This document shows, piece after piece, positions 18,929 through 29,948 of a stretch of 64,000 nt of DNA. The stretch's first letter is position 1. Each line of letters opens with the position of its first letter. This stretch comes from Spirochaetota bacterium. Its GTDB lineage: Bacteria > Spirochaetota > UBA4802 > UBA5550. Both the position numbers and the translations under genes were made by a program. The notes under the pieces were generated by a model, which was not told where the DNA came from, searched no databases, and saw nothing but the letters and a program-made list of their open reading frames with translations. Location: the NCBI GenBank assembly GCA_035403465.1, contig DAONFG010000013.1, positions 1,830 through 65,829 of the forward strand, read 5' to 3'.

Positions 18929-21379
18929 CTACATCGTAGCCGGCTTCTCCACAGCCGACTGGCCGCCCAGATCAATCTTCCATTCGTCAAAAGTCTCCTT
19001 CCACCTGTTGTAAAGGTTCCTTGTTACATTGATGTCCCGGAAAAATTTTTCAGGATTCTCAAGAGCAAGGAAGAAGACCTCTTCCATTGTTGATACCGGG
19101 TGAAAGATCATCTCGTTGCGGACATATTCAGGTATCTTTTCAAGGTCCTTTTCGTTCTCCTTGGGAAGAATAACATGCTTCATTTCCGCCCTGTGAGCAG
19201 CCAGAACCTTCTCCTTGAGTCCGCCTATGGGAAGGACTTTACCTCTGAGTGTAATCTCACCGGTCATTGCAACGTCCCTGCGCACAGGTATTTTACTTAA
19301 TAACGACGACATTACAACTGCCATGGTAATACCCGCTGAAGGTCCGTCCTTGGGGATTGCGCCTTCCGGTACATGGAGGTGCAGGTCATAATTCCTGATT
19401 ATTTCTTCATCTATATTGAAAAACTGCTGGTTTGCTCTTACATAAGTGAACGCGGCCTGTGCAGATTCCTGCATAACCTCGCCGAGTTTACCTGTGAGTT
19501 TAAGGTCGCCCTTGCCCTTGATAAGCGAGGCTTCGATATTAAGTATTTCTCCGCCTACCTCGGTCCATGCAAGTCCGTTCGCAAGGCCAATTTCGCTCTT
19601 CTCCTCTTTAACTCCATACTTAAACCTGATCGGCCCGAGATACTTCTGAAGTACCGCGTCTGTGATGACCTTATGGAAATCAGGCTCGTTTTCAACAACT
19701 TCGCGTGCCACTTTTCTGCATACCTTGGCGATAACGCGCTCCAGGCTCCTTACACCGGCCTCGCGCGTGTAGTGCCTTATTGCGAAGAACATCGATTCTT
19801 CTGAGAATTCAATATTCACCGGCTGCAGCCCGTTCTCTTCTATCTGTTTGTTCAGGAGAAAGTCTATTGCGATTCTGAGCTTTTCAGGTTCAGTGTAGCT
19901 TGAAAGTTCTATGATCTCCATCCTGTCCTGCAGAGGCAGCGGTATATTATGCTGCACATTCGCAGTTGTGATGAACATTACATCCGAAAGGTTATATGTA
20001 ACCTCCATGTAGTGGTCAATAAAGGCGTTGTTCTGCTCAGGATCCAGTACCTCGAGCAGGGCCGATGACGGGTCTCCCCTGAAGTCCATGGACATCTTGT
20101 CGATCTCGTCAAGTAGTATGACAGGATTTACGGTTCCGGCCTTCTTCATCATCTGTATTATTCTGCCCGGCAGCGCGCCGACATACGTGCGCCTGTGGCC
20201 GCGGATCTCCGCCTCGTCACGTACTCCGCCCAGCGACATCCTTACGAACTTCCTGTTAAGCGCACGCGCCACTGAACGTCCCAGCGATGTCTTGCCCACT
20301 CCGGGAGGCCCCACGAAACAGAGGATAGGGCCTTTGAGCTTCTTGGACAGCTTGTTCACTGCTATATACTCAATGATCCTCTCCTTGACCTCTTCGAGCC
20401 CGTAATGGTCAGTATTGAGAATATCAAACGCTTCATCAATCTTACGTATATCCTTGGTCTTTTTGTGCCATGGAACATCTCTGAGCCACTCTATGTAATT
20501 CCTTACAACAGCTGACTCAGCGGACATTGGAGGCATTTTTTCAAGGCGTTTCAGTTCCTGCAGCGACTTGGTCCTGGCCTCTTCGCTCATCTTTGCTGCT
20601 TCTATCGAATTCCTGAGCTCGGTTATCTCATCAACTTCACCTTCGCCCTGGCCGAGTTCCTTTTTAATAACTTTCATCTGCTCATTGAGATAGTATTCCT
20701 TCTGGGTCTTCTCCATCTGCTTGCGCACCTGGCCCTGGATCTTCTTCTCAATGTACATTACTTCGATTTCGCCATTTATCAGCTCGGCAAGACGCGCCAC
20801 CCTTTCAGCCGGGTTGCCAAGATCAAGCAGCGACTGTTTGAATTCAATCCTCATCTCGATATGTGAAGCAACAACATCTGTAAGCTGTGAAATATCGTCA
20901 ATGCTCTCCGCTGAAGTAAGCGCCTCTTTAGGCACCTTTTTATTGAGCTTTATGTACCTGTCAAAAGCCTCGAGCAGTGACGCTTTCAGCTGGTTCTTTT
21001 CGGTTTCAAGTTCAACCTGTCGTTCAACACGCTTTATTCCGACACTGACATGGTCTTCTCCTGAAACATAATCAGACACAAAGCATCGTGACACACCCTC
21101 AACAAGGACCTTTATTGTACCGTCGGGAAGCTTAAGCAGCTGAAGGATCTCGGCCACTGTGCCCACTTCATAAAGGTCATTCTGCTCAGGTGAAGGATTC
21201 TGCGCGTCCCTCTGTGTAAGGAGTACAATAAACCTGTCGCTCTTCATTGCCTTATCGAGCGCATTGACAGACTTCTCCCTCCCTACAAAAAGCGGAATCA
21301 CCATATAAGGAAATACCACAACATCCCGTAGCGGGAGAAGCGGATATTTTTTGTCATAATCTATAGTTTTTGTAGCCAT
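18929..21379 (-). CDS. lon: ATP-dependent Lon protease
   Basis: 816 aa. The LON N-domain starts with [13 protein letters not shown]. Walker A is GPPGVGKTS, and the proteolytic Ser motif is [11 protein letters not shown]. Confidence 0.95.
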   Translation of the reverse strand: MATKTIDYDKKYPLLPLRDVVVFPYMVIPLFVGREKSVNALDKAMKSDRFIVLLTQRDAQNPSPEQNDLYEVGTVAEILQLLKLPDGTIKVLVEGVSRCFVSDYVSGEDHVSVGIKRVERQVELETEKNQLKASLLEAFDRYIKLNKKVPKEALTSAESIDDISQLTDVVASHIEMRIEFKQSLLDLGNPAERVARLAELINGEIEVMYIEKKIQGQVRKQMEKTQKEYYLNEQMKVIKKELGQGEGEVDEITELRNSIEAAKMSEEARTKSLQELKRLEKMPPMSAESAVVRNYIEWLRDVPWHKKTKDIRKIDEAFDILNTDHYGLEEVKERIIEYIAVNKLSKKLKGPILCFVGPPGVGKTSLGRSVARALNRKFVRMSLGGVRDEAEIRGHRRTYVGALPGRIIQMMKKAGTVNPVILLDEIDKMSMDFRGDPSSALLEVLDPEQNNAFIDHYMEVTYNLSDVMFITTANVQHNIPLPLQDRMEIIELSSYTEPEKLRIAIDFLLNKQIEENGLQPVNIEFSEESMFFAIRHYTREAGVRSLERVIAKVCRKVAREVVENEPDFHKVITDAVLQKYLGPIRFKYGVKEEKSEIGLANGLAWTEVGGEILNIEASLIKGKGDLKLTGKLGEVMQESAQAAFTYVRANQQFFNIDEEIIRNYDLHLHVPEGAIPKDGPSAGITMAVVMSSLLSKIPVRRDVAMTGEITLRGKVLPIGGLKEKVLAAHRAEMKHVILPKENEKDLEKIPEYVRNEMIFHPVSTMEEVFFLALENPEKFFRDINVTRNLYNRWKETFDEWKIDLGGQSAVEKPATM

Positions 21380-21395
21380 CTTTTCTCCTGGCCTC

Positions 21396-22652
21396 TTAAG
21401 CCGTTTTCTCTTTCTGCCTGTACGTGATTACAGGCTCGCCTGTTTTAAGCACCATCTCTTTATTTACCACAATCTTGCTGATATTGGTGCCCGAAGGGAT
21501 CTCGTACATAAGGTCAAGCATCAGCTCTTCCATTACAGAACGCAGTCCCCTTGCGCCGGTCTTCCTTTCAAGGGCGATCCCTGCGATCTCCCTGATTGCA
21601 TCATTCGTGAATTCAAGTTCGATATCCTCAAATGAAAATATCTTCTGGTACTGCCTTACGAGTGAATTCTTGGGTTCTGTGAGTATCCGGACCAGCGCCT
21701 CAAGGTCAAGGTTATGCAGGTGAGCGATCACGGGAACACGGCCGATAAACTCAGGTATGAGACCGAACCTGATAAAATCCTCCGGCGTGAGACTCTTTGA
21801 CATCTCTGCACTGTTCATCTCCTTTGCCGGCCTGATATCAGCGCCGAAACCCAGGGACTTGCTCCCCATCCTTCCCTGGACAATTTTGTCAAGGCCGATA
21901 AACGCGCCGCCCAGAATGAAAAGTATATTCGTTGTATTGATTGAAATGAATTCCTGGTGCGGGTGCTTGCGTCCTCCCTGCGGGGGAACATTCGCGAGGG
22001 TTCCCTCAATGATCTTCAACAGGGCCTGCTGCACGCCCTCGCCGGAAACGTCCCTTGTAATAGAAGGATTTTCAGACTTCCTTGAAATCTTGTCGATCTC
22101 ATCTATGTAGATTATACCTATTTCAGCCTTTTTGATGTCGCCGTCAGCATTCTGTATAAGCCGGAGGAGAATATTTTCAACATCCTCTCCCACGTATCCG
22201 GCCTCTGTAAGCGATGTAGCGTCAGCAATGGCAAACGGAACCTTCAGGAGACGCGCCAGTGTCTGGGCCAGGAGTGTTTTCCCTGAACCGCTGGGGCCTG
22301 CAAGAAGTATGTTGCTCTTCTCAAGTTCAACGTCATTTTTAGTAATGCTTTTATTTGAAAAAATCCTCTTGTAATGGTTATACACCGCAACCGCCAGGAT
22401 TTTCTTTGCAGCGTCCTGCCCGATCACGTACTGATCAAGTATCTCGCTGATCTCCCGGGGTTTGGGCAGATCGCCAAAATTGCTTTCAATCGCGCTGTTT
22501 GCCTCATCTGCGATTATTTCATTACAGAGTTCAATGCATTCATCACATATATAAACGTCAGGGCCCGCAACGAGTTTCTTAACAACTTCCTGACTCTTTC
22601 CGCAGAACGAGCAGCTTAATGATGCACCCTGGTCTTTTTTCTTTGCAGCCAT
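21396..22652 (-). CDS. clpX: ATP-dependent Clp protease ATP-binding subunit ClpX
   Basis: The N-terminal zinc-binding motif is CSFCGK...CDEC. Walker A is GPSGSGKT. Other motifs are IIYIDEIDK and the IGF-type loop LGFGA. Confidence 0.95.
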   Translation of the reverse strand: MAAKKKDQGASLSCSFCGKSQEVVKKLVAGPDVYICDECIELCNEIIADEANSAIESNFGDLPKPREISEILDQYVIGQDAAKKILAVAVYNHYKRIFSNKSITKNDVELEKSNILLAGPSGSGKTLLAQTLARLLKVPFAIADATSLTEAGYVGEDVENILLRLIQNADGDIKKAEIGIIYIDEIDKISRKSENPSITRDVSGEGVQQALLKIIEGTLANVPPQGGRKHPHQEFISINTTNILFILGGAFIGLDKIVQGRMGSKSLGFGADIRPAKEMNSAEMSKSLTPEDFIRFGLIPEFIGRVPVIAHLHNLDLEALVRILTEPKNSLVRQYQKIFSFEDIELEFTNDAIREIAGIALERKTGARGLRSVMEELMLDLMYEIPSGTNISKIVVNKEMVLKTGEPVITYRQKEKTA

Positions 22653-22660
22653 ATATTCAC

Positions 22661-23248
22661 CTATTTTTCTGTTCTTTCAATAACCTTGTCTATAAGTCCA
22701 TATGTTACTGATTCCTGTGCAGACATGAAATAATCACGGTCCATGTCGGATTCTATATCTTTTACCGGTTTTCCTGTGTGGAAGGAATAAATCTCGTTAA
22801 GCCGGCCTTTCATCTTTATGACCTCCCTGGCATGGATCTCGATGTCAGACGCCTGGCCCTGGAAACCCGCAGAGGGCTGGTGGATCATAATCCTTGAATT
22901 GGGGAGCGCGGATCTTTTACCCTTTGCTCCTGCAGCAAGAAGAAGCGAACCCATTGATGCCGCCTGCCCCAGGCATATTGTGGCAACATCGGGCTTAATG
23001 TACTGCATTGTATCATAAATAGCCATTCCCGCAGTAACCACACCGCCCGGAGAATTAATATAAAGAAATATATCCTTTTCCGGATCATCAGCTTCAAGAA
23101 AAAGCAACTGCGCGATTACAAGACTGGAAATATGGTCATCTATTGCTTCGCCGAGAAAAATTATTCTATCCTTAAGCAGCCTGGAGTATATGTCGTAAGA
23201 ACGCTCCCCCCTGCTGGTCTGTTCAACTACTATTGGTACAAGACTCAT
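22661..23248 (-). CDS. clpP: ATP-dependent Clp protease proteolytic subunit ClpP
   Basis: The sequence [27 protein letters not shown]...[11 protein letters not shown]...MIHQP carries the catalytic Ser and His motifs. Confidence 0.95.
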   Translation of the reverse strand: MSLVPIVVEQTSRGERSYDIYSRLLKDRIIFLGEAIDDHISSLVIAQLLFLEADDPEKDIFLYINSPGGVVTAGMAIYDTMQYIKPDVATICLGQAASMGSLLLAAGAKGKRSALPNSRIMIHQPSAGFQGQASDIEIHAREVIKMKGRLNEIYSFHTGKPVKDIESDMDRDYFMSAQESVTYGLIDKVIERTEK

Positions 23249-23453
23249 TTTATCATCTCCTCTTTATAAATTAATACGTTGTTGAGGCCGGAATAATGAA
23301 AAGAAAACTGAAAAAAATTTCTTTTTTCAGCATAAAATAACCCTGCATCCACAATACAGAGCTATTTTCTCTTCAAAAGATTATTCATGATTTATCAGTA
23401 ATATTATCGGTCTGTAAGTTAAATATTTTTTAACTAAAATAAGCGCCTTGTTG

Positions 23454-23510
23454 CGAAACTTCGTTCCTTCACAGGAAAACCCTGCAGCGGCATTTAAGGA
23501 ATTTCACCCG
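23454..23510 (+). repeat. intergenic ~70-nt element, copy C (degenerate hairpin)
   Basis: gcgaaacttcgttcc...aaaaccctgcagcgg...ttaagg aligns with copy B (cgaaactgcgtccc...cccctgcagggc...tcaagg). It lies in the 365-bp tig-clpP spacer. Confidence 0.45.
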
Positions 23511-23613
23511 TCACACCGCAGTTAAAGAATTAATTCACAAAAAACAATATGCCGGACTGCACTGCATGAACAAAATCCGGCATGTATATACTTTAAAACA
23601 GGTCAGTATTCAG

Positions 23614-24957
23614 TTACATCCTGTTTTTAACAAAATCATCAAGCGTAACAGCGCCCAGCTTGTTGATTTTTGCATTTTCATATATAAAATCGAGGGCCAT
23701 TTCAAGGAGTATATCCTGCTCCACATTGGACCTGGTATTGTTCTCTTCCATCATTTTGTAAAGTTCTTCAGCAGGCCTCTGCATGGATTTTGCCAGGTTT
23801 TCAACAACTTCTTTAAATTTATCGTCAGAAACCTTCATATCCTCTTTTTTTACAACCTCCGACAGAAGGAGCGTGTTCCTGATAGACTTGACCGCATCCT
23901 CCTTCAGCTTGCCCCTGTACTCCTCGGGATCAATACCCAGGAGTGACGCGAACTGGTCCAGGCTCTCCGCGTGGTACCCTATGCGTTGTTGTGTCTTCTG
24001 GAATATTGAATACATCTCGTTCATCATCATCGTTTCAGGTATGTCGAATGTGCACTTGTCGGCTATTTTAAGGATAAGCTCGTTCTTGGACTCATTTTTA
24101 ATCTTGTCGCCCACAAATTTCTCAAGATAGCTGCGCGTTTTTGTTTTCATGTCATCAGTAGATTCATAACCGCTCTTTACTGCAAATTCATCATTAAATT
24201 CGGGGAGTGTTACAGTGCTGATCTCGGTTACAACTGCCAGGTAGGTAATCGCCTTTCCCGCGAAATCGCTGATGTAGTAATCAGCAGGATAATTTATTAT
24301 AATTTCCTTCTCGACACCGGTTTTAAGGCCAAGGAGATGTTTATCAAGGGTGTATTCATCCCTGCTCTTGCCGACAACAATCGAATAATCCCTGAACTCG
24401 ACAGTGTCGATCATATCTTTTTCAACATCATCAATGCGCTTCAGTTTAAAACGTATAAGGTTGCCTTTACCGACCACCGCATCGGCGTTCTCAATCTTTT
24501 CTATCACTGCTGTTTTTTCACGGACTGTGTCGATCTCGTTCACAACGTCCTGGTCAGTAACGCTGCAGGACTTTTCGTCAGCGGAAATTCCTTTATAATC
24601 AGCAAGCTCAACAGAGGGCATTACTTCAAGTCGTGCCGTGAACCTGAATGGTTCGTCCCTTTTTATTGCTGCGTATTCAATTCTCGGTTCCGAGACTGGT
24701 GCAAGCTCCTTCTGCTCAACGGCCTCAAAAAGCGCGCTTTTAGCGAGATTTTCAGCGACATCAGTCCCTGCGTGTTCGCTGTATTTTGATTCGATGATCG
24801 GGAGCGGCGCCTTGCCCGGTCTGAAACCGTCGATTTTTGCGTTCTTCTGGATCTTGTTAAAAACAGCCTTGTATTCCAGTTCAACCTTCTCAACAGGGAC
24901 CTCTATTTCAAGTTCCATAACGGCGTTTTCAAGTTTTTTCTCGCTTAAAATATTCAA
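23614..24957 (-). CDS. tig: trigger factor
   Basis: 447 aa. The N-terminal ribosome-binding motif is GFRPGKAP. Its position upstream of clpP-clpX-lon is the classic arrangement. Confidence 0.9.
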   Translation of the reverse strand: MNILSEKKLENAVMELEIEVPVEKVELEYKAVFNKIQKNAKIDGFRPGKAPLPIIESKYSEHAGTDVAENLAKSALFEAVEQKELAPVSEPRIEYAAIKRDEPFRFTARLEVMPSVELADYKGISADEKSCSVTDQDVVNEIDTVREKTAVIEKIENADAVVGKGNLIRFKLKRIDDVEKDMIDTVEFRDYSIVVGKSRDEYTLDKHLLGLKTGVEKEIIINYPADYYISDFAGKAITYLAVVTEISTVTLPEFNDEFAVKSGYESTDDMKTKTRSYLEKFVGDKIKNESKNELILKIADKCTFDIPETMMMNEMYSIFQKTQQRIGYHAESLDQFASLLGIDPEEYRGKLKEDAVKSIRNTLLLSEVVKKEDMKVSDDKFKEVVENLAKSMQRPAEELYKMMEENNTRSNVEQDILLEMALDFIYENAKINKLGAVTLDDFVKNRM

Positions 24958-25009
24958 TTTATCTACCTCATCACTATCCTGAAAATAATCAGTAATATTT
25001 GACTTGTCT

Positions 25010-25081
25010 CGAAACTGCGTCCCGCACTCGCCGGCAAGCCCCTGCAGGGCTTTTTCAAGGGGCTATGCCCCTTATACCCCG
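25010..25081 (+). repeat. intergenic ~70-nt element, copy B (GGGGC-hairpin family)
   Basis: The sequence is cgaaactgcgtcccgcactcgccggcaaGCCCCTGCAGGGCtttttcAAGGGGCtatGCCCCTTatacccc. It contains two adjacent GC hairpins, and GCCCCT/AGGGGC segments that could pair alternatively. Confidence 0.6.
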
Positions 25082-25397
25082 TTTAAAAATCAAATTCGCA
25101 ACAAACTGTTAAGGTTATATATCATACTCCGTATTCACCATTTAAAACCGTTAATTATCAGTTCAGCGATTAAATCCCCGGTAAAGGAAATGTAGTTTTC
25201 TCCCGGGAACAGATGCAGATATATAAAACTATAAGTCTATAACTATAAATTCTGAACGGAGATAGGCGTCAAACATTTTTTCAAAGCACCGCTTTACATT
25301 ACAGGTCGGAATTTTACAGTGAAGTTGTATGAATTGCAGGTTAATGCAGAGTTATAATGAAGGGAAATATCTGCTCAGATTCGGAAATCTATACAGT

Positions 25398-25697
25398 CTA
25401 TTCAAACTGAAAGTAGCCCTCAAGGCCCGCCACCTCAAGAGACCTGTAAACATATTCATTATAGTTTACCAGGCGGATTGTCCTCCTCTCAACAAAGAGT
25501 CCGGACTTGATCCTTAAAAGACATGAAAGAAAAACCGAATTGAGTGTTGTGATATTCTTCATATCCAGCACAAGATCTCTCTTATCAGTTTTGATAAACC
25601 GGTCAATATTCTCTTCGAAAAACCTGAGATTACTCATTATCTCGTCAGAAGAGAGAATATACACCCGGGAATCTTCATTTTCGATGATTTCAAACAT
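25398..25697 (-). CDS. STAS-domain protein (anti-sigma-factor antagonist family)
   Basis: The 99-aa size and the pattern LVLDMKNITTLNSVFLSCLL...LVNYNEYVYRSLEVAGL resemble SpoIIAA/RsbV-type STAS proteins. No partner kinase is nearby. Confidence 0.6.
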   Translation of the reverse strand: MFEIIENEDSRVYILSSDEIMSNLRFFEENIDRFIKTDKRDLVLDMKNITTLNSVFLSCLLRIKSGLFVERRTIRLVNYNEYVYRSLEVAGLEGYFQFE

Positions 25698-25980
25698 ATC
25701 CGCCCCTTGTGATACATCAGGAAATTATAAAAAAAGCAAAACATCCGCAGACTGGTCTGACTTTTACCATAAAAATTCAGTTTACTATAGAAAGGCATTT
25801 TACTAAAAAGCCCGGCAGTTTAGAAGAAATAGTATTGCACCGGGCATCTTCTATGTAATAAGTATAACACGTGCTTTATTTTATTCAAGCACAAAAAAAG
25901 TGTTTTATTATTGATTATAAAATATTACGCCTCAAAATCATCAAAATAAGTTCATGCACAACTTCACAAGGAGTCTGATA

Positions 25981-27423
25981 ATGAAAAGAAGGATAGCTGC
26001 CTATCTGCTTGCGTTCATAACACTACTGCTTCTCCCTGTTCTTGTAACAGTATCACTGGGATTTGCGATGGCACTTAATGAAAACTTCCACATATCCGTG
26101 GTTAAAAATCTTAATATTGTCGAGACGATCATAAAGTTTAAAAACTACCAGATGGAGAATGAAATCAGGCATGAAATTGAAAAAAAAACCGGAATCGGCC
26201 AGTTCAAGCCCGAATATGACAGGATTAAGGCCGAATACGAAAAAAATCTGCAGACATTTAACGCCCTTAATAAAACCAGAGAATATGACAGCCTGGAAAA
26301 GGAGATAGATGAACTGGATGATACAGACTGGGAGGATGCACCTGACACCTTCAGAAATAAAGAGGAATGGAAAGCCTATAAAAAAAAGAAAACAGCTGAA
26401 CTTGAAGCAAAACAGGACTCTATAGAAACATACAGGGACACAAGCAGCGAGCTGCTCGGTGTCGCCGAATCCGGGATGAAAAAATCACGTGATGCCTTTG
26501 AGGATGCGGACGACCTGATGAAAGACAAAGAGGAGGAGGCCCGGGATATACTTGAAGACCGCAGCAGCGATTTCATGAACGAAATAGTATCCGACATGTC
26601 GAAAGTCGGCCACGACCTGTCCACTGCGGTCAATGAACTGTTTATCGAGGTTGAAATTCGTAAAATAATAAGGACTTACCTCGCCTTCTTCACAGACTAT
26701 TTTCAGCAGAAAAAAACCGGCGGTATATACGAATCAAATCTGAATATAGAGTCCGGTGAAATCGGCAGCACGAAGAAAGTTGTACTTCCGCCATTTGAAC
26801 TGAGTTTTAATGTCAAAACAGATGAAAACGGTATTATTAAAGAGAAAAACATATTCAGCGGTCTATGCGTTGAAATGATCAATGCAACCCCGGGACTTAA
26901 AAGTCCATGGGTACTTACAAAAATATTCAGCATGGCTGATTCATGGCTTGCCGAAAAAGCTGCCGGGAGCATACTCAAAGGTCTCCCCGTGAGGTACAGT
27001 GACGGCGTACTGAAATCTCAGGGTCCGGTTATCCTTTCAGGTGAAAGGGCGCAGATGGCGGAATATCTTATGATTGCAATGACAGCGGGAAGATTCTTCA
27101 TATTCATCGGCCCGGTTATCGCGGTTATGCTTGTACTCATGGTTTTTGCAGCAGCACCTGACAGGAGGTCAAAATGGAAAATTGCAGGTCTTTCCATTGA
27201 AATTCCATCAGCGCTCATGTCTGCCCTGGGTATTGCCGGGATTATTGTTTCAGCATTTCCGGGCTACTTCTTCAGTATCCCGGTAGATGATCCTGCGGTA
27301 AGAGGATTCTTTGAACAGGGAATTTTCAGTACAGGCCTGCATTTCTTTATCCCGGTAACACTGCTCTTTTTTATACTTTCTGTGACCGGGGGATTTATGC
27401 GTAAAAGGGGAAATAAAATCTAA
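25981..27423 (+). CDS. hypothetical membrane protein with acidic coiled-coil ectodomain
   Basis: AAGGAG lies 7 nt upstream of ATG 25981. The protein has an N-terminal TM helix, a long D/E/K-rich helical region, and C-terminal TM helices. No motif recognised. Confidence 0.55.
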   Translation: MKRRIAAYLLAFITLLLLPVLVTVSLGFAMALNENFHISVVKNLNIVETIIKFKNYQMENEIRHEIEKKTGIGQFKPEYDRIKAEYEKNLQTFNALNKTREYDSLEKEIDELDDTDWEDAPDTFRNKEEWKAYKKKKTAELEAKQDSIETYRDTSSELLGVAESGMKKSRDAFEDADDLMKDKEEEARDILEDRSSDFMNEIVSDMSKVGHDLSTAVNELFIEVEIRKIIRTYLAFFTDYFQQKKTGGIYESNLNIESGEIGSTKKVVLPPFELSFNVKTDENGIIKEKNIFSGLCVEMINATPGLKSPWVLTKIFSMADSWLAEKAAGSILKGLPVRYSDGVLKSQGPVILSGERAQMAEYLMIAMTAGRFFIFIGPVIAVMLVLMVFAAAPDRRSKWKIAGLSIEIPSALMSALGIAGIIVSAFPGYFFSIPVDDPAVRGFFEQGIFSTGLHFFIPVTLLFFILSVTGGFMRKRGNKI

Positions 27424-27583
27424 TTGACTCAATCATATACCGGAGTGATTTTGTTCTCGTAATAAGAACGCGGCAGGTCATCCCGGTATCATCGTGCGGT
27501 CGCCCTGAACGCATAGAAGAAATACCCCCGGTGTATAAACCGGAATAACAAAAATTCAACTAACCATTATTACGGAGAAACGA

Positions 27584-28696
27584 ATGGAAGATAATATTGT
27601 ATGGCTCGACTTTGAGCTTGTAAGAAATTTCATGAAGGACATATTTATAAAAATTGGGGTACCTGCAGAGGATGCAGCAATCAGCGCTGACGTACTCATT
27701 GAATCTGACAAGCGCGGCATAGATTCGCACGGCCTTAACAGGATGAAGCCCATATACTACGATAGAATAAAGGAAGGGATACAGCTTCCCGTTACAAACT
27801 TCGAGGTGGTAAAAGAAGGCCCCGCGACAGCAGTGGTTGACGGCCATAACGGCATGGGGCATGTTATCGCAAAGAAGTCCATGCAGATGGCAATAGACAA
27901 GGCAGCGAAGTTCGGGCTGGGTATGGTTGCGGTGCGTAATTCAACGCACTATGGCATTGCGGGATACTACGGTCTAATGGCCGCACAGAAAGGAATGATC
28001 GGGATTACCGGTACAAACGCAAGGCCGTCAATAGCACCGACATTCGGCATAGAGAACATGCTCGGCACAAACCCGCTTGTTTTCGGCATACCCACGGACG
28101 AGGAGTTCCCCTTTGTTCTGGACTGCGCCACATCGGTCAGCCAGCGCGGCAAGATCGAGGTCTACGCGCGCACTGGCAAGCCCATGCCGCAGGGATGGGT
28201 CATTGACCAGCAGGGCAACTCGACCACCGACCCAATAGACGCGCTGAAAGACCTGATCGCAGGCACAGCGGCACTTACACCGCTTGGGGGAATCGGCGAA
28301 GATGGCGCCGGCTACAAGGGTTACGGCTATGCAACTGTTGTCGAGATTCTATCCGCAGCTCTCCAGGGAGGCAGCTACCTCAAGATGCTCACAGGATTCC
28401 AGGACGGTAAAAAAGTACCGTACAGTCTTGGCCACTTCTTCATGGCAATTGACATTTCACATTTCATTGAAGTTGATGAATTTAAAAAGATAACCGGTGA
28501 CATCCTGCGCCAGCTTCGCAACTCGAAAAAGATGCCGGGAGCTGAAAGGATCTACACTGCAGGTGAAAAGGAATACCTCGTGTGGCTTGAAAGGAAAGGA
28601 AAAGGGGTACCCGCAGGCGAGGAACTCCAGGCGGAAATGATTACCATGCGCAACGAAACCGGCCTGTCACAGTACAGGTTTCCGTTTGAGAAATAG
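27584..28696 (+). CDS. Ldh_2-family (malate/L-lactate/ureidoglycolate-type) dehydrogenase
   Basis: The motifs SHGLNRMKPIYYDRI, VRNSTHYGIAGYYG, GTNPLVFGIP and KGYGYATVVEIL are characteristic of the Ldh_2 family. Confidence 0.85.
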   Translation: MEDNIVWLDFELVRNFMKDIFIKIGVPAEDAAISADVLIESDKRGIDSHGLNRMKPIYYDRIKEGIQLPVTNFEVVKEGPATAVVDGHNGMGHVIAKKSMQMAIDKAAKFGLGMVAVRNSTHYGIAGYYGLMAAQKGMIGITGTNARPSIAPTFGIENMLGTNPLVFGIPTDEEFPFVLDCATSVSQRGKIEVYARTGKPMPQGWVIDQQGNSTTDPIDALKDLIAGTAALTPLGGIGEDGAGYKGYGYATVVEILSAALQGGSYLKMLTGFQDGKKVPYSLGHFFMAIDISHFIEVDEFKKITGDILRQLRNSKKMPGAERIYTAGEKEYLVWLERKGKGVPAGEELQAEMITMRNETGLSQYRFPFEK

Positions 28697-28714
28697 CGAT
28701 TTGATTAACCTTTT

Positions 28715-28743
28715 TGTCATTCCGGCCTTTGTGCCGGAATCTT
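28715..28743 (+). repeat. TGTCAT-flanked hairpin element, copy 1
   Basis: tgtcATTCCGGCctttgtGCCGGAATctt has an 8-bp stem. It lies 19 nt downstream of the Ldh_2 stop and may double as a terminator. Confidence 0.55.
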
Positions 28744-28784
28744 AATGATATAGCAGGTATATCAACAAACTTTAAGAGTCATAA

Positions 28785-28823
28785 AGATTCCGGTAATCCA
28801 CTCCGTGAAAACCGGAATGACAG
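28785..28823 (-). repeat. TGTCAT-flanked hairpin element, copy 2 (inverted relative to copy 1)
   Basis: Its reverse complement reads tgtcATTCCGGTtttcacggagtggattACCGGAATctt. It has the same flanks and stem as copy 1 but a different loop. Confidence 0.55.
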
Positions 28824-28831
28824 GTAATCCT

Positions 28832-29932
28832 ATGGATAAAACAGACATCATCATAATTGGCGCCGGGGTCGCGGGACTTGCCGCAGCATACAACCTCTCT
28901 GCAAAATACAGAAACATTATTGTTCTGGAGAAAGAGGATACTTTCGGCAGGCATACAAGCAGCAGGAACAGCGAGACAATCCACTCAGGAATCTACTATC
29001 CGCAGAACACGCTAAAGGCCAGGCTATGCCTGCGCGGCAATGAACTTCTATACAGTTTCATGAAACAGCAGGACGTCTCGCATATAAACTGCGGGAAGTA
29101 CATAATTGCGACATCGAAGGATGAAATCCCTGAAATAGAAAAACTTAAAATCAACGGCGAATTAAACGGGGTACCCGGTCTTCGCCTTGTTACGGGTGCC
29201 GAAATCAGTTCAGTTGAACAGGATGTCAATGCACTTACGGGAGTCCATGTACCATCTGCGGGTGTAATGAACTCATATGAGCTGATGAAACGGTTTGAAG
29301 GAATCGCGAAGGAGAACGGCGTACTCTTTGCGTACAGGACCGGCGTAACCGCTGTTGTCCGGGCCGGCGATGGTTATACCATACATACGGATAACGGCGA
29401 TGACATCTCCGCAGGTATTGTGATCAACTGTGCGGGTCTGTTTTCGGACAAAATTGCAGCCTCTGCGGGTATTGACATTGACGCAGCCGGTTACAGGCTT
29501 AAATACTGCAAGGGTGAGTATTATAAATCCGAAAATACCGGCCGCATGAAATCCCTGGTCTACCCCGTACCTTCGCCGGACGGGAAGTCCCTGGGGATAC
29601 ACACCCGGATGTTCACAGACGGATCTGTTATATTCGGTCCGAACGCATATTACATGGATAAGAATGAAGTTGATTATTCTCTGAACAATGACAGGCGCGA
29701 CGAGTTTATGAATTCAGTTCCCCTGTTCATGAAACGCGATGTAAGCGATATGTCGGTATGCGACTGCGGGATAAGGCCCAAGCTGCAGGGAGCCGGCGGG
29801 AAGTTCAGGGACTTTGTCATACGGGATGAGGGGGACAGGGGGCTTCCGGGACTGATAAACTGTATTGGGATTGAGTCACCGGGACTCACATCGTCCCTTG
29901 CTATCGCGGAGTTTATTTCGGGGATGGTTTAG
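28832..29932 (+). CDS. FAD-dependent oxidoreductase, L-2-hydroxyglutarate oxidase/dehydrogenase (LhgO)-like
   Basis: The dinucleotide-binding motif is DIIIIGAGVAGLAAA, followed by SSRNSETIHSGIYYPQNTLKARLC (LhgO-like NSGVIHAGxYY). I moved the start from GTG 28805 to ATG 28832. Confidence 0.75.
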   Translation: MDKTDIIIIGAGVAGLAAAYNLSAKYRNIIVLEKEDTFGRHTSSRNSETIHSGIYYPQNTLKARLCLRGNELLYSFMKQQDVSHINCGKYIIATSKDEIPEIEKLKINGELNGVPGLRLVTGAEISSVEQDVNALTGVHVPSAGVMNSYELMKRFEGIAKENGVLFAYRTGVTAVVRAGDGYTIHTDNGDDISAGIVINCAGLFSDKIAASAGIDIDAAGYRLKYCKGEYYKSENTGRMKSLVYPVPSPDGKSLGIHTRMFTDGSVIFGPNAYYMDKNEVDYSLNNDRRDEFMNSVPLFMKRDVSDMSVCDCGIRPKLQGAGGKFRDFVIRDEGDRGLPGLINCIGIESPGLTSSLAIAEFISGMV

Positions 29933-29948
29933 ACGGTCTGCTGTTTTG

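Noticed and set aside
18925-18932. The zero-nt gap between the convergent methyltransferase and lon genes. Also the 30-nt 3' overlap of convergent recO and the MgtC-like gene (4680-4709).
   Set aside because: Tight or overlapping convergent ends are common in compact genomes. I saw no hairpin or other signal that makes these junctions special.
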